Assembly (NCBI RefSeq): GCF_936931525.1
Contig: NZ_CAKZII010000081.1
Span: 1-56,303, forward strand
Direction of reading: 5' to 3'
Source: an uncultured Aurantimicrobium sp.
Lineage (GTDB): Bacteria; Actinomycetota; Actinomycetes; Actinomycetales; Microbacteriaceae
Length of the DNA stretch: 56,303 nucleotides
The translations under genes were made by a program, and so were the position numbers. This document shows positions 44,473 through 54,357 of the stretch, in pieces (position 1 is the first letter of the stretch; every line of letters begins with the position of its first letter). The notes beneath the pieces are model-generated. The model was not told the DNA's origin. It was given only the letters and a program-made list of their open reading frames with translations, and did not search any database.

Positions 44473-46599
44473 CTAGGAAACTTTCGTGATTTCAAAGAGA
44501 ACGGCGTTCTCGGGGCGCAAAATAGGTGGCTGAATACCGATGTCAGCCAGCACTGCTCCCGAGGCAGTGATTGGTTCCGTCATGATTGATGGAACAGCAG
44601 TTTGCATACATTGTGCGGGCCCAGCAGGCTGCACAACCTTGACTTCATAAGTTGCTTCAGGATCCAGATCAGTCAACAGAACGGAATCTGGCTTTGTGCT
44701 GTTTCCTGTGCTCAGTTGAACATAAGCAAAGAGCGCTTCGGACTTATCGTGAGCGACTACGCCGTGCACAAAGGCAGAGTCTTCGCTGTGATCTACACGA
44801 ACTACCTTGCCGGAGTGCAGGAGATCACGCTTGTCCTTGTAGTACTGAGCCCACGAAGCGAGGTGAACTCGTTCTTCTGGCGTGGTCTCTGTGAGATCCC
44901 ACTCCAAACCTGCATGCCCGAAGAGAGAGGTAATGGCACGGAACGACAGTTCGTGCACACGACCAGTGGTGTGGCTGTGGGTCGGGCCGACGTGGGCACC
45001 AATCAGCTCAGGGGGAATAGCGAAACCGGTGTAGCGCTGAATGGACTGACGCTCGAGAGCATCGTTGCAGTCAGATCCCCAGAAACGATCAGCATGCTGA
45101 ACCATGCCCAGGTCAACACGACCACCACCAGAAGAACATGACTCGATTTCAAGTCCCGGGTGACGACGCTTCAGCTCATCAAAGAGTCGATAAATAGCAA
45201 GCGTCTGCTCGTGGGCAGCAGCAATACCCTCGTGACCGGGGTCAATCAACGTTCTGTTGTGATCCCACTTGATGTAATCAACTTTGTATTCCGATAGGAC
45301 AGCATCAACCTGACCGAGGACATGCTGGTAGGCACCCTCATGCGTCAGGTCCAATACAAGTTGGCGGCGTGCTTCAAGAGGCATGCGGCCTGGGATATGC
45401 ATAATCCACTCGGGGTGTGCGCGATACAGATCGCTATCAACCTGCACCATTTCGCCTTCAAACCACAGACCAAATTCAAGTCCAGCATTGTGAACTGCCG
45501 TTACCAATGGTTCTAAACCATCTGGCCATGCTTCGGGTGAAACAGTCCAGTCACCCAAACCAGAGTGATCGTTGCGGCGGGAACCAAACCAACCGTCATC
45601 GAGGACGAATCGCTCAACGCCAATTTCCTTGGCAACATCCAGAAGTTCAATGAGCTTTCCTAGGCGGTGATCGAAGTAGACCGCTTCCCAGACATTGAGA
45701 GTGAGTGGACGTGGCTTCAGCTTGGTGGGGTGCTGCTCACGTGCACGAACCCAGCGGTGGAGGTGATCAGAAATACCGTTGAAACCGGCATCCGTATAAG
45801 TAGCTGCGACGGTGGGAGCTGAATAACTTGTACCTGGAGCAAGAACAATCTCTCCTGGCTCCAGAAGCTCACCAGCGCCAATGGCTTTGTAGCCGGTTTC
45901 TTGCTTATCAATGGAGTGTTTGGTGTTTCCGCTCCAGACAAGACCCAAGCTCCACACTTCGCCAGAGGCATTGTTGGCTTTGTCAGTCATGGCCAGCTGA
46001 ACGATTGTGTAGCCATGGCCAGAGCGACCATCGCGAATTTCGCGGGAGAAGGTTCCGTAGTTGATGGGAAGTCGTTGTGGCTGGCGTTCTTTGACCCATC
46101 TGCCGTGGAAGTCCATGCTTTCAACAGCACGATCTGGAAGCGGCATCCACACAGTGAGTTCGTCCACTGCGTAGTCACTGGAACCAGTGTTGGTGACCTT
46201 CTCATCAATGAGAAGGACACCCTCAGGGGTCAGTTCGAACTTCACGGTGACTTCGAGTCCTGCGTTGTCATCAGCAGAGACGAAGGTCAATACGTTGTGT
46301 GAACTTGCGACAGTGCGTAAAGAAAATAAAGGAGCCCAGTCAAGACGACCCCGTCGACCTACGAGGGAGGAAGCACCAAAGAAGCCGCGGGCGCGTTCGC
46401 GCCACAAACCGGGGTTCTGAGGAAAGTCAAGGTCTGAATGCGGAGTCGCCTCGGCTAGGAGTCGAGAGATCTGGCTGGGTGAGGTGCTGCCAGCAAGCTT
46501 GCGGCCCCAGTGCGCGACGACAGGAGTGCCTGTCGCGGTATCAACAATCAGTTCCACATCAGAAGTAGAAATGCTGAAGGTTGTCTCGGTGCTCTTCAT
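44473..46599 (-). CDS. Alpha-galactosidase, GH36
   Basis: NVWEAVYF, FVLDDGWFG, FGLWFEGEM, YIKWDHNR, ESCSSGGGR, SDCND. Confidence 0.95.
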   Translation of the reverse strand: MKSTETTFSISTSDVELIVDTATGTPVVAHWGRKLAGSTSPSQISRLLAEATPHSDLDFPQNPGLWRERARGFFGASSLVGRRGRLDWAPLFSLRTVASSHNVLTFVSADDNAGLEVTVKFELTPEGVLLIDEKVTNTGSSDYAVDELTVWMPLPDRAVESMDFHGRWVKERQPQRLPINYGTFSREIRDGRSGHGYTIVQLAMTDKANNASGEVWSLGLVWSGNTKHSIDKQETGYKAIGAGELLEPGEIVLAPGTSYSAPTVAATYTDAGFNGISDHLHRWVRAREQHPTKLKPRPLTLNVWEAVYFDHRLGKLIELLDVAKEIGVERFVLDDGWFGSRRNDHSGLGDWTVSPEAWPDGLEPLVTAVHNAGLEFGLWFEGEMVQVDSDLYRAHPEWIMHIPGRMPLEARRQLVLDLTHEGAYQHVLGQVDAVLSEYKVDYIKWDHNRTLIDPGHEGIAAAHEQTLAIYRLFDELKRRHPGLEIESCSSGGGRVDLGMVQHADRFWGSDCNDALERQSIQRYTGFAIPPELIGAHVGPTHSHTTGRVHELSFRAITSLFGHAGLEWDLTETTPEERVHLASWAQYYKDKRDLLHSGKVVRVDHSEDSAFVHGVVAHDKSEALFAYVQLSTGNSTKPDSVLLTDLDPEATYEVKVVQPAGPAQCMQTAVPSIMTEPITASGAVLADIGIQPPILRPENAVLFEITKVS

Positions 46600-46645
46600 G
46601 GGGGGCCTTTAGGGAAACTAAATGAGTGTGAGTGAATTGTAAGTA

Positions 46646-46684
46646 AGTGGGTGGGCGCAGAGAGGAAACTTGCGCCCACCCACT
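46646..46684 (-). other. 14-bp stem-loop between the SBP and alpha-galactosidase genes
   Basis: AGTGGGTGGGCGCA-N11-TGCGCCCACCCACT. Confidence 0.7.
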
Positions 46685-46697
46685 CATTACGTTGTTA

Positions 46698-48038
46698 TTA
46701 CTTGAAGAGGTCGTTGACCTTCTTGTTGGCGTCGGTGAGGGTCTCTACCCCAGCCTTGCCAGACATGATTGCTTCCATTGCTGGAGTCATGATTGCGCCG
46801 ATGTCCGACTTGAAGTCAGTGATGGGGAACAGGAACGTAGTTCCGTCCTGCACCTGAACGAGGAAGGACTCGACATCAATACCCTTTGCGTTGAAAGCAG
46901 CTTGTGCCTTCTCAGTTGAGGACTTGATTGCGGGGAATACAACAGCGTTACCTGCAACGACATCCTGGCAAGCAGGTGAGCCGAAGTAAGCAACGAGCTG
47001 CTGAGACTCAGCTGGGTGCTTGGTGCCAACCCAGATGTTGTCTGCAAGACCGTTGTACATCGAAGCGCGTTCGCCTGAAGGACCAACAGGAGTTGGCGCA
47101 GCTGCAGGAGCGAAGGTGTCGCTAGCGGAACCGAATACGGAACCGATCATCCACGAACCGTTAGATGCCATAGCTACGGTGCCAGCAGCAAGCTGCTCGC
47201 TCCAGCTCACGCCATCCTGTGCTTCCCAAGTAGGCATGTAACCCTTGTCCTGGAGAGACTTCCACCATGCGATGGTTTCCTGGAATTTAGGGGAGTCGTA
47301 GTTGTACTTGTCGCCCCAAACGCCGTTGGTGTGGGTCCAGTCGTTGGTACCGGTGAGGAACGACCACTGAGTTTGGCCATCGCCACCACCAGAGCCTTCC
47401 ATCCAGATACCGTAGGTGGCTACGTTGTTCTTGTCGAAGCCAGGCTGGTTTCCGTGTACGCCGTTCTTGTCAACGGTGAGAGCCGCGATGACCTGCTCGT
47501 AGGTTCCACCATCGGTGGGGTTCCAGGTCATGCTGTTGATCTGCTCCGTAGTGACGCCTGCTGCTTCGAGATCATTCGCGTTGTAGAACATTGCGATGGT
47601 GTCGAAGTCCTTGGGGAGTCCGTATTGTTCTCCGCTTGGGCTGGTCCACAGTTCAGCAAGACCATCTTGGTAGATGCTCAGGTCAATGCCGTTCTTCTTA
47701 GTGTCAATAGGAAGGATCTGCTTCGTGTTTACGAACTCAGGGTAGAAGGCAAGGTGGCTGGTGAAAACGTCATAGTTTTCGCCAGAAACAAAGCCGTTGT
47801 TGATCTTTGCCCAGTAGTCATCCCAACCGATTTGCTCAACATCAACCTTGATGCCAGTTTCAGCGGTGAAATCTTCAGCACACTTCTGGTACGAGGGCAG
47901 CTGGTTTGCGTCCCACAGACCGTACTTCAGCGTGACATCTCCGGAGTCGCTGCTTGTAGCGCAGCCGGAGAGACCGAGTGCTGCAGTAGCAATGACGGCG
48001 CCGATGGCAACCACTTTCATTGTTTTCATTGAACTCAA
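46698..48038 (-). CDS. Oligosaccharide ABC substrate-binding lipoprotein (CUT1)
   Basis: Lipobox LGLSGC, YGLPKDFDTIAMFYN, NGSW. Start may be ATG 48029. Confidence 0.92.
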   Translation of the reverse strand: MSSMKTMKVVAIGAVIATAALGLSGCATSSDSGDVTLKYGLWDANQLPSYQKCAEDFTAETGIKVDVEQIGWDDYWAKINNGFVSGENYDVFTSHLAFYPEFVNTKQILPIDTKKNGIDLSIYQDGLAELWTSPSGEQYGLPKDFDTIAMFYNANDLEAAGVTTEQINSMTWNPTDGGTYEQVIAALTVDKNGVHGNQPGFDKNNVATYGIWMEGSGGGDGQTQWSFLTGTNDWTHTNGVWGDKYNYDSPKFQETIAWWKSLQDKGYMPTWEAQDGVSWSEQLAAGTVAMASNGSWMIGSVFGSASDTFAPAAAPTPVGPSGERASMYNGLADNIWVGTKHPAESQQLVAYFGSPACQDVVAGNAVVFPAIKSSTEKAQAAFNAKGIDVESFLVQVQDGTTFLFPITDFKSDIGAIMTPAMEAIMSGKAGVETLTDANKKVNDLFK

Positions 48039-48108
48039 CTTTCTTATCTCTTGGTTTTAGTGAGACCAGGGTTGGCCTGCACCGATTTATCCGAGGTGAT
48101 GTAACCGA

Positions 48109-49053
48109 CTACTTCACACCCGAAGACTGAATCGATCCGACAATCCGACGGCCGAAAATGAGGAAGATGATGATGATGGGGATTGCCGCAATCAGCGCAC
48201 CAGCCATGAGTCCTGCCCAGTCAGGGTTTCCCTGTGGGGTCTGGCTCCGGAAAATTCCGAGTCCGACGGTCAGCAACTTGGAATCTTCTGACTGTCCGAC
48301 CAAGAAGGGCCAGAGGTAGTCATTCCAATAGAAGATGAACTGCAAAATCGATAGCGTCAGAATTTGTGGCATGACCAGCGGTGCCGCAACTACCCGGAAG
48401 ATGCGGAAGTGGCTTGCACCATCAATAGTTGCTGCTTCAATGAGTGATCGGTTGATACCGAGGAAGAACTGTCGTAGGAAGAACACCGAAAAAGGTGCCA
48501 TAAACATTGCCGGTAGTGCGATACCGAGATAGCTGTTCAGAAGACCCAACTCTTTGACGAGAAGGAAGTTAGGCAACAGGGTGAAGATTCCGGGCACCAT
48601 CAGCGCAACAAGGAAGATGGCGAATACAGTGTCTCTGCCTCGCCACTGCAAAATAGCAAATGCATAGGCTGCCAACGCGCCAAATCCGATTTGGAATACG
48701 ACAATCAGGGTGCAGACAATCAGAGAGTTACCCATGTAGTGAAGGAAGCTGATCTGACCACCAGAACCACCTTCTGCAATCGCTTCCTGGGTCGTCGCCA
48801 ATCCCAAAACACGCTTGATTGCACCGAATGTGAAATCAACAGGAGCCAGGCTGGTCGCATCAGAGAACATGGACTTGTTCGTTGAGAATGCAGTACGCAG
48901 CATCCAATACAGCGGGAACAGAGTTCCCAAGATGATGAGAGTGAGTGCAGTGAGCCCGAAGAAACGAGCTACTGGTGACTTCACGAGTGCTGACGAGTCT
49001 TCGTTTTCGACCTGGCGGCGCTTGCTGTTGATGAATTCAGATAATTTCGACAT
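48109..49053 (-). CDS. Carbohydrate ABC permease (MalG-like)
   Basis: FFLRQFF, EAATIDGA, WNDYLWP. Confidence 0.93.
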   Translation of the reverse strand: MSKLSEFINSKRRQVENEDSSALVKSPVARFFGLTALTLIILGTLFPLYWMLRTAFSTNKSMFSDATSLAPVDFTFGAIKRVLGLATTQEAIAEGGSGGQISFLHYMGNSLIVCTLIVVFQIGFGALAAYAFAILQWRGRDTVFAIFLVALMVPGIFTLLPNFLLVKELGLLNSYLGIALPAMFMAPFSVFFLRQFFLGINRSLIEAATIDGASHFRIFRVVAAPLVMPQILTLSILQFIFYWNDYLWPFLVGQSEDSKLLTVGLGIFRSQTPQGNPDWAGLMAGALIAAIPIIIIFLIFGRRIVGSIQSSGVK

Positions 49054-49055
49054 GA

Positions 49056-49952
49056 TCAGCGGTCCAAATCGTTCTCGTTAGCTTTGAGCAGTTTGTTCTG
49101 AGCGATGGCGATGAATGCCAGGAAGATCATCAAGATGACTGCCATGGCAGATGCGTAACCGAAGTTTCTCTGCTCGAATGCCTGCTGAAAGATGTAGACG
49201 TTGATTGCTCGTGTTGCGTGAACTGGGCCACCCTCAGTGGTCACTGCGATGGTGTCGTAAATCTGGAACGAACCAACGAGGGTCACAACGAGGACGAAAG
49301 CGAGTACGGGCCGCAACAAAGGCAACGTAATGCTTCTGAAAATGCGCCATTCTCCAGCACCATCTACCTCTGCTGCCTCATACACATCACGAGGAATCGC
49401 AACAAGTCCCGCGAAAATCAGGAGAGCCGTGTAGCCGACGTGTCGCCACACGTTGACGAAAGCGATGGTGGGCATAGCGAGGGTTTCGTTACCGAAGAAA
49501 CCCATTCGCTGAATTCCCAGTCCGTCAAGTGCTGAGTTAATCAAACCCAGGTTGTAGTCACACAGCCAGTACCAGACCAAAGCAACAATGACGTTGGCAA
49601 TGAGGTAGGGAAGAAGAATAATTCCGCGGATAACTATGGACCGAGTAAATCGGTGAAGCAACACTGCAATCAACAACGCCAAGACGGTCTGAATACCGAT
49701 GTTGAGGAACACGTATTCGAGCGTTACGCCAATTGAGTTTAAGAAGATGGGATCTTGAAACATATTCACGTAGTTGTCGATGCCGGTCCAGACGGGATCT
49801 CGCAGCATGTCGTACTCAGTGAAGCTAAGGTAAATGCCTCGTAACGCAGGCCAGGCAAAGAATCCAAAGAACCCAATGAATGAAGGGATGAGGAACACCA
49901 TCGCAATAGCGAATTGCGATTGGGTGAATCCCTTTTGGGTGGTTGTAGCCAC
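49056..49952 (-). CDS. Carbohydrate ABC permease (MalF-like)
   Basis: GIDNY, WRHVGY, YEAAEVDGA, ITLPLLRP, FGYASA. Confidence 0.93.
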   Translation of the reverse strand: MATTTQKGFTQSQFAIAMVFLIPSFIGFFGFFAWPALRGIYLSFTEYDMLRDPVWTGIDNYVNMFQDPIFLNSIGVTLEYVFLNIGIQTVLALLIAVLLHRFTRSIVIRGIILLPYLIANVIVALVWYWLCDYNLGLINSALDGLGIQRMGFFGNETLAMPTIAFVNVWRHVGYTALLIFAGLVAIPRDVYEAAEVDGAGEWRIFRSITLPLLRPVLAFVLVVTLVGSFQIYDTIAVTTEGGPVHATRAINVYIFQQAFEQRNFGYASAMAVILMIFLAFIAIAQNKLLKANENDLDR

Positions 49953-50104
49953 GTGGTGTCCCCTTTGACGGCCCGACTAATGTTTGTGGTAAAAAAAAGA
50001 TAGAGTTTCTTTCATGATGAAATCAAGTCCAATTCATTGAATTTTCGACTTTGTTACCAATTCGTAATTATTTTCACAGCAAACAAAAGTGAGAGGATGG
50101 GCAC

Positions 50105-51040
50105 ATGATCGCACTTCACGACGACTGGGTATGGGATTCCTGGTACGCACAAGATGGCGAAGACCTCCATGTCTTCTACCTTAAAGCCCCCAAATCACTG
50201 GGTGACTCCGACAAGCGCCACCACAATGCCCAGGTTGGACACTCCGTTTCCACCGATGGGGTGAACTGGACCGAATTGCCAGATGCTCTCCTGCGCCGAG
50301 AAGGCGAATACTTTGACAGCCAAGGAATTTGGACCGGAAGTGTCCTCAAACACAACGACGTGTGGCACATGTTCTATACCGGCATCGACAAGGAATCAAA
50401 GGGCCGAATTCAACGAATCGGTCATGCCACTTCTTCCGACCTCATCACGTGGGAACGTGTTGGGGACGAGCCCATCCTCACCGCTTCAGGTCCCTGGTAT
50501 GCCACGAGTGAAACTGATCCCAAGGATGAAGAGCCTTTTAGGGATCCGTGGGTTTTCTTTTTCGAAGATCAATGGCACATGCTCGTCACTGCACGTGACA
50601 CAACCGGCGATGGAACCATGGCGCACGCGGTCTCGAATGACCTCTCTTCCTGGGAACTCAAGGAACCGCTGCTCTCCAACGCGCAATTCGACCAGCTTGA
50701 GGTATTCCAAGTTGTCGAAGTAGATGGACGCTGGGTTCTCATTTTCTGCGCTGCTCCTCAGGACATTCACCGCCCTGGTATTGAGAAAACATATGCAACC
50801 TTTGCAGCTCCAGCCGCAGGGCCTTTAGGGCCGTTCAATCTGGGTGCAGCCACCCCTATCCCACCTGATGGTGGGGTTTATGCTGGCCGCATCGTGACCT
50901 TTGCCGACGGAAGTCACAATCTTTTTGGCTTCAAAGATTCTGGGGCTCCCGGAGAATTCACTGGAACAATCAGCTCCCCCATTCCGGTGGAATTACATCA
51001 CAATGGTGCGCTTCGACCGGTAGCTCAACAAGTCGGATAA
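50105..51040 (+). CDS. Clan GH-J beta-propeller glycosidase (GH32/GH68-like beta-fructofuranosidase)
   Basis: WVWDSW, WTGS, FRDP and QLEV catalytic-type motifs. No signal peptide. Confidence 0.85.
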   Translation: MIALHDDWVWDSWYAQDGEDLHVFYLKAPKSLGDSDKRHHNAQVGHSVSTDGVNWTELPDALLRREGEYFDSQGIWTGSVLKHNDVWHMFYTGIDKESKGRIQRIGHATSSDLITWERVGDEPILTASGPWYATSETDPKDEEPFRDPWVFFFEDQWHMLVTARDTTGDGTMAHAVSNDLSSWELKEPLLSNAQFDQLEVFQVVEVDGRWVLIFCAAPQDIHRPGIEKTYATFAAPAAGPLGPFNLGAATPIPPDGGVYAGRIVTFADGSHNLFGFKDSGAPGEFTGTISSPIPVELHHNGALRPVAQQVG

Positions 51041-51050
51041 AACTGATTTC

Positions 51051-52025
51051 ATGAATTCCACGCAGATCACTCTGAGGCATCCTGTTGGAACCTCAGCAGT
51101 GCTCTCCACCTGTGGCGCACGTCTGGTAAAACTGCACGTTCCCGACAAACACGGCATCTTGACCAATGTGGTCCTCGGGTTTTCCAATCCAGACCACTAT
51201 GAAGAATTTCAGGATGACCTCATCGGGGCAACTGTAGGCCGCCTTGCCGGAAGAGTTGAGAACGCCACCTTCATTCGAGATGGTTTCACGTATCCACTTA
51301 CCGTCAACTCCTCCCCACATCACCTTCATGGCGGTGGGGAGGACGCTCTAGACCGCGTGAACTGGCAAATTTCAGAGCAGACAGAATCTGAAGTGACGTT
51401 CACACATATGAGTGTCGACGGAAATAACGGCTATCCAGGCAACCTCACTGTCACCGCTCGTTACAGTCTGACGTCAGATATGAGCTTGTTGATTGAATAC
51501 ACCGCAACCACGGATCAGACCACACCCGTCAACCTCACGCATCACTCCTACTGGAACCTCAGTGGAGCGAACCAAGAAGACCTTTCAGGTCACGTACTCA
51601 AAATATATGCTTGTGAAGTTCTTGACACCCACGACCTGATTCCTACTGGCGAAGTTTCTTCTATTGAAGGAACTGATCTCGATTATTCAGAACCCACCGC
51701 ACTAGCCAAGAGGCCATGGAAAGAGCTCGACAACAGCTTCATCTCCAATGAACCGGGGGTTGTCGCAGAGTTGTGGCACCCCGGCACGGGAATCACACTT
51801 TCCCTCACCTCTCAACAACCCGTTCTCCAGGTCTATGCAGGTAAATTCCTCAGCCCGATAAACAACGAAGACGGATCACACATTGGTCCAGGGCGTGGAT
51901 TAGCGCTGGAGCCTCAGCACGTCAATAGCGCCATAAGTAGAAGACCTGAGTTGCAGACAACCCTCTTCGAGCCAGGAATGACCTACTCCAACATCATGAA
52001 GTTCGCGTTTAGCACCGCCAGATAA
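51051..52025 (+). CDS. galM: Aldose 1-epimerase (mutarotase)
   Basis: GATVGRLAGR, HLHGG, GYPGNL, NLTHHSYWNL, LALEPQ. Confidence 0.93.
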   Translation: MNSTQITLRHPVGTSAVLSTCGARLVKLHVPDKHGILTNVVLGFSNPDHYEEFQDDLIGATVGRLAGRVENATFIRDGFTYPLTVNSSPHHLHGGGEDALDRVNWQISEQTESEVTFTHMSVDGNNGYPGNLTVTARYSLTSDMSLLIEYTATTDQTTPVNLTHHSYWNLSGANQEDLSGHVLKIYACEVLDTHDLIPTGEVSSIEGTDLDYSEPTALAKRPWKELDNSFISNEPGVVAELWHPGTGITLSLTSQQPVLQVYAGKFLSPINNEDGSHIGPGRGLALEPQHVNSAISRRPELQTTLFEPGMTYSNIMKFAFSTAR

Positions 52026-52047
52026 ATGTCGGTGTTGCGACTGAGGT

Positions 52048-53070
52048 CTAAGAAGCGCGCTTAGGGCGCAGTTCTTTCGGCAGCGAGAAGATGAGGTCTT
52101 CTTCAGCTGTCTTCACTTCCTGGATGTCTGTGTACCCACCGGAAGCAAGTACTTCAAGCACGTCCTGAACGAGCTCTTCGGGGACAGAAGCACCGCTGGT
52201 GACACCGACCGAAGAAACTCCTTCGAACCATTCCTGCTTGATTTCGTCAGCGAAGTCCACACGATAGGACGCCTTGGCACCGTATTCGAGGGCAACTTCA
52301 ACCAAGCGCACTGAGTTCGAGGAGTTCGCTGAACCGACCACAATCACGAGATCCGAATCAGCAGCCACCTTCTTGATGGCAACCTGACGGTTCTGGGTGG
52401 CATAACAAATGTCATCGCTGGGGGGATCTTGCAAGTTGGGGAAGCGTTCGCGCAGTAGGCGAACGGTTTCCATGGTCTCGTCCACGCTGAGCGTGGTCTG
52501 AGACAACCAGACAACCTTGTTGGGGTCCTTGACCTCGATGTGAGGAACAGCGTGAGGACCATCCACGATGGTGACATGGTCGGGGGCTTCGCCGGCAGTT
52601 CCTTCGACTTCTTCGTGACCTTCGTGCCCAATGAGCAAGATTTCATAGTCGTCACGAGCAAAACGCACCGCTTCACGGTGAACCTTGGTCACCAGCGGAC
52701 AGGTGGCATCAATAGCCTGCATGTTGCGAGCTTCAGCTTCGGCCACCACCGCTGGGGAGACACCGTGAGCTGAGAAGACGAGGTGTGAACCTTCAGGAAC
52801 TTCGTCAACCTCATCGACGAAGATTGCACCTGCTTCTTCGAGCGTGGTCACGACGTGCTTGTTGTGAACGATTTCCTTGCGCACATACACAGGTGCACCA
52901 AAAGATTCCAGGGCTTTCTCCACTGTGATGACAGCGCGGTCAACACCGGCGCAGTAGCCACGAGGAGAAGCGAGAAGGACGCGCTTGGGCTCAGGGGAAG
53001 GAAGTTCCACCAGAGTGATCTTGGGGCGGGGGATGCGGGGCATGCCCAGACCAATATTCGTTGCGCTCAC
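52048..53070 (-). CDS. ispH: 4-hydroxy-3-methylbut-2-enyl diphosphate reductase
   Basis: [52 protein letters not shown] 53070 lies 7 nt after TACACT (ATG 53043 is an alternative). Confidence 0.97.
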   Translation of the reverse strand: MSATNIGLGMPRIPRPKITLVELPSPEPKRVLLASPRGYCAGVDRAVITVEKALESFGAPVYVRKEIVHNKHVVTTLEEAGAIFVDEVDEVPEGSHLVFSAHGVSPAVVAEAEARNMQAIDATCPLVTKVHREAVRFARDDYEILLIGHEGHEEVEGTAGEAPDHVTIVDGPHAVPHIEVKDPNKVVWLSQTTLSVDETMETVRLLRERFPNLQDPPSDDICYATQNRQVAIKKVAADSDLVIVVGSANSSNSVRLVEVALEYGAKASYRVDFADEIKQEWFEGVSSVGVTSGASVPEELVQDVLEVLASGGYTDIQEVKTAEEDLIFSLPKELRPKRAS

Positions 53071-53102
53071 AGCTTCAAGTGTAGGCGACTGAAGGTGAGG
53101 TT

Positions 53103-53124
53103 TGTCCGGAGTCTCGACTACCGT
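53103..53124 (+). promoter_or_regulatory. PafBC/RecA-NDp-type promoter of xseA
   Basis: TGTCCG-N10-TACCGT, 7 nt before ATG 53132. The known consensus is TGTCGG-N10-TA-N3-T. Confidence 0.6.
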
Positions 53125-53131
53125 AGAAGGT

Positions 53132-54355
53132 ATGAGTGAAGAGGCATCGACCCCGGAAGATCCGTGGCCCGTTGCTGCCCTCACCAGCAAACTCAAGGCG
53201 TATCTGGATCGCCTTGGTTTGGTCTGGGTTGAGGGTGAAATTACGCAGTGGGATCAGCGCTCCTCAGGCATCTTTGGCAAGCTCAAAGACCTCACCGAAG
53301 ACTCCACCATGGGCTTCACTATCTGGTCCAATGCCCGCACCAAGATGCCTGATGACATCAAGCAGGGTGACCGCGTCATCGCGCTGGTCAAGGTCGACTT
53401 CTGGAAGAAGAACGGAAACCTCGGCCTCAACATTCTTGAGCTGCGCCATGTTGGTTTGGGTGACCTGTTGGAGAAACTGGAGCGCTTGCGCGCGCAGTTA
53501 GCCAAAGAAGGTCTCTTCGATGCGGACCGTAAGGTTCCGCTGCCGTTCCTCCCCCAGTGCATTGGTCTCATTACCGGGCAAGACTCGGACGCCGAAAAAG
53601 ACGTTCTCAAGAACGCACACCTGCGCTGGCCCCAGGTTGAGTTCAAGGTCATCCACACCAAGGTGCAGGGCGACCAAACCGTCCCTGAAGTCATCGCCGC
53701 TATTCAGAAACTTGATGCAGACCCCGAAGTGGATGTCATCATCGTGGCCCGAGGAGGTGGCGACTTCCAGAACCTGCTTCCCTTCAGCGATGAGAAGCTG
53801 GTTCGCGTTGCCGCAGCCTGTGTCACTCCTCTGGTCAGTGCTATCGGCCATGAGGCCGATGCTCCGCTTCTGGATAACGTGGCCGACCTCCGCGCTTCAA
53901 CGCCTACGGATGCCGCCAAGCGAGTTGTTCCTGATGTGGGAGAAGAATTGGCACGCGTTGCCGATGCGCGCAGCCGCATCAACAACCGCGTGACGTCTTT
54001 CCTCACCGGCGAGCTCGACCGCCTCGAGACGTTGCGTTCTAGGCCCGTCCTGGCAGATGCGGACTGGATCATCACAACGCGTGCGGAAGAGATCGTGCGG
54101 AACGTTCAACGAGGCTCTGACCTGGTTGATCGCGCGCTGCACAACGCAGCTCAGGAAACCTTGTCGTTGAAGACCCAACTGCGAGCGCTCTCACCCCAGC
54201 AGACGCTGGATCGTGGCTATGCGATCGCCGTATTGCCTAATGGCAAGGTCGCACGCTCCGCCAAGGATGCGCCTTCGAAAACAGAATTTGCTCTCACCCT
54301 GGCCGAGGGCACTATCGACGCGGTTTCGGCCGGTCCACGGAAGGTAGAATCGTAA
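53132..54355 (+). CDS. xseA: Exodeoxyribonuclease VII large subunit
   Basis: [44 protein letters not shown]. Confidence 0.97.
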   Translation: MSEEASTPEDPWPVAALTSKLKAYLDRLGLVWVEGEITQWDQRSSGIFGKLKDLTEDSTMGFTIWSNARTKMPDDIKQGDRVIALVKVDFWKKNGNLGLNILELRHVGLGDLLEKLERLRAQLAKEGLFDADRKVPLPFLPQCIGLITGQDSDAEKDVLKNAHLRWPQVEFKVIHTKVQGDQTVPEVIAAIQKLDADPEVDVIIVARGGGDFQNLLPFSDEKLVRVAAACVTPLVSAIGHEADAPLLDNVADLRASTPTDAAKRVVPDVGEELARVADARSRINNRVTSFLTGELDRLETLRSRPVLADADWIITTRAEEIVRNVQRGSDLVDRALHNAAQETLSLKTQLRALSPQQTLDRGYAIAVLPNGKVARSAKDAPSKTEFALTLAEGTIDAVSAGPRKVES

Positions 54356-54357
54356 CT

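Noticed and set aside
6315-48032. Long antisense or off-frame ORFs (e.g. 6315..6992, 10479..11072, 22590..23228, 33319..34071, 35743..36564, 47331..48032)
   Set aside because: They fully overlap well-supported genes and have no recognisable motifs. They are expected from codon bias on the opposite strand.
52027-52048. TGTCGG hexamer after galM resembling a PafBC promoter
   Set aside because: No TA-N3-T at the required spacing, and it points antisense into the end of ispH.
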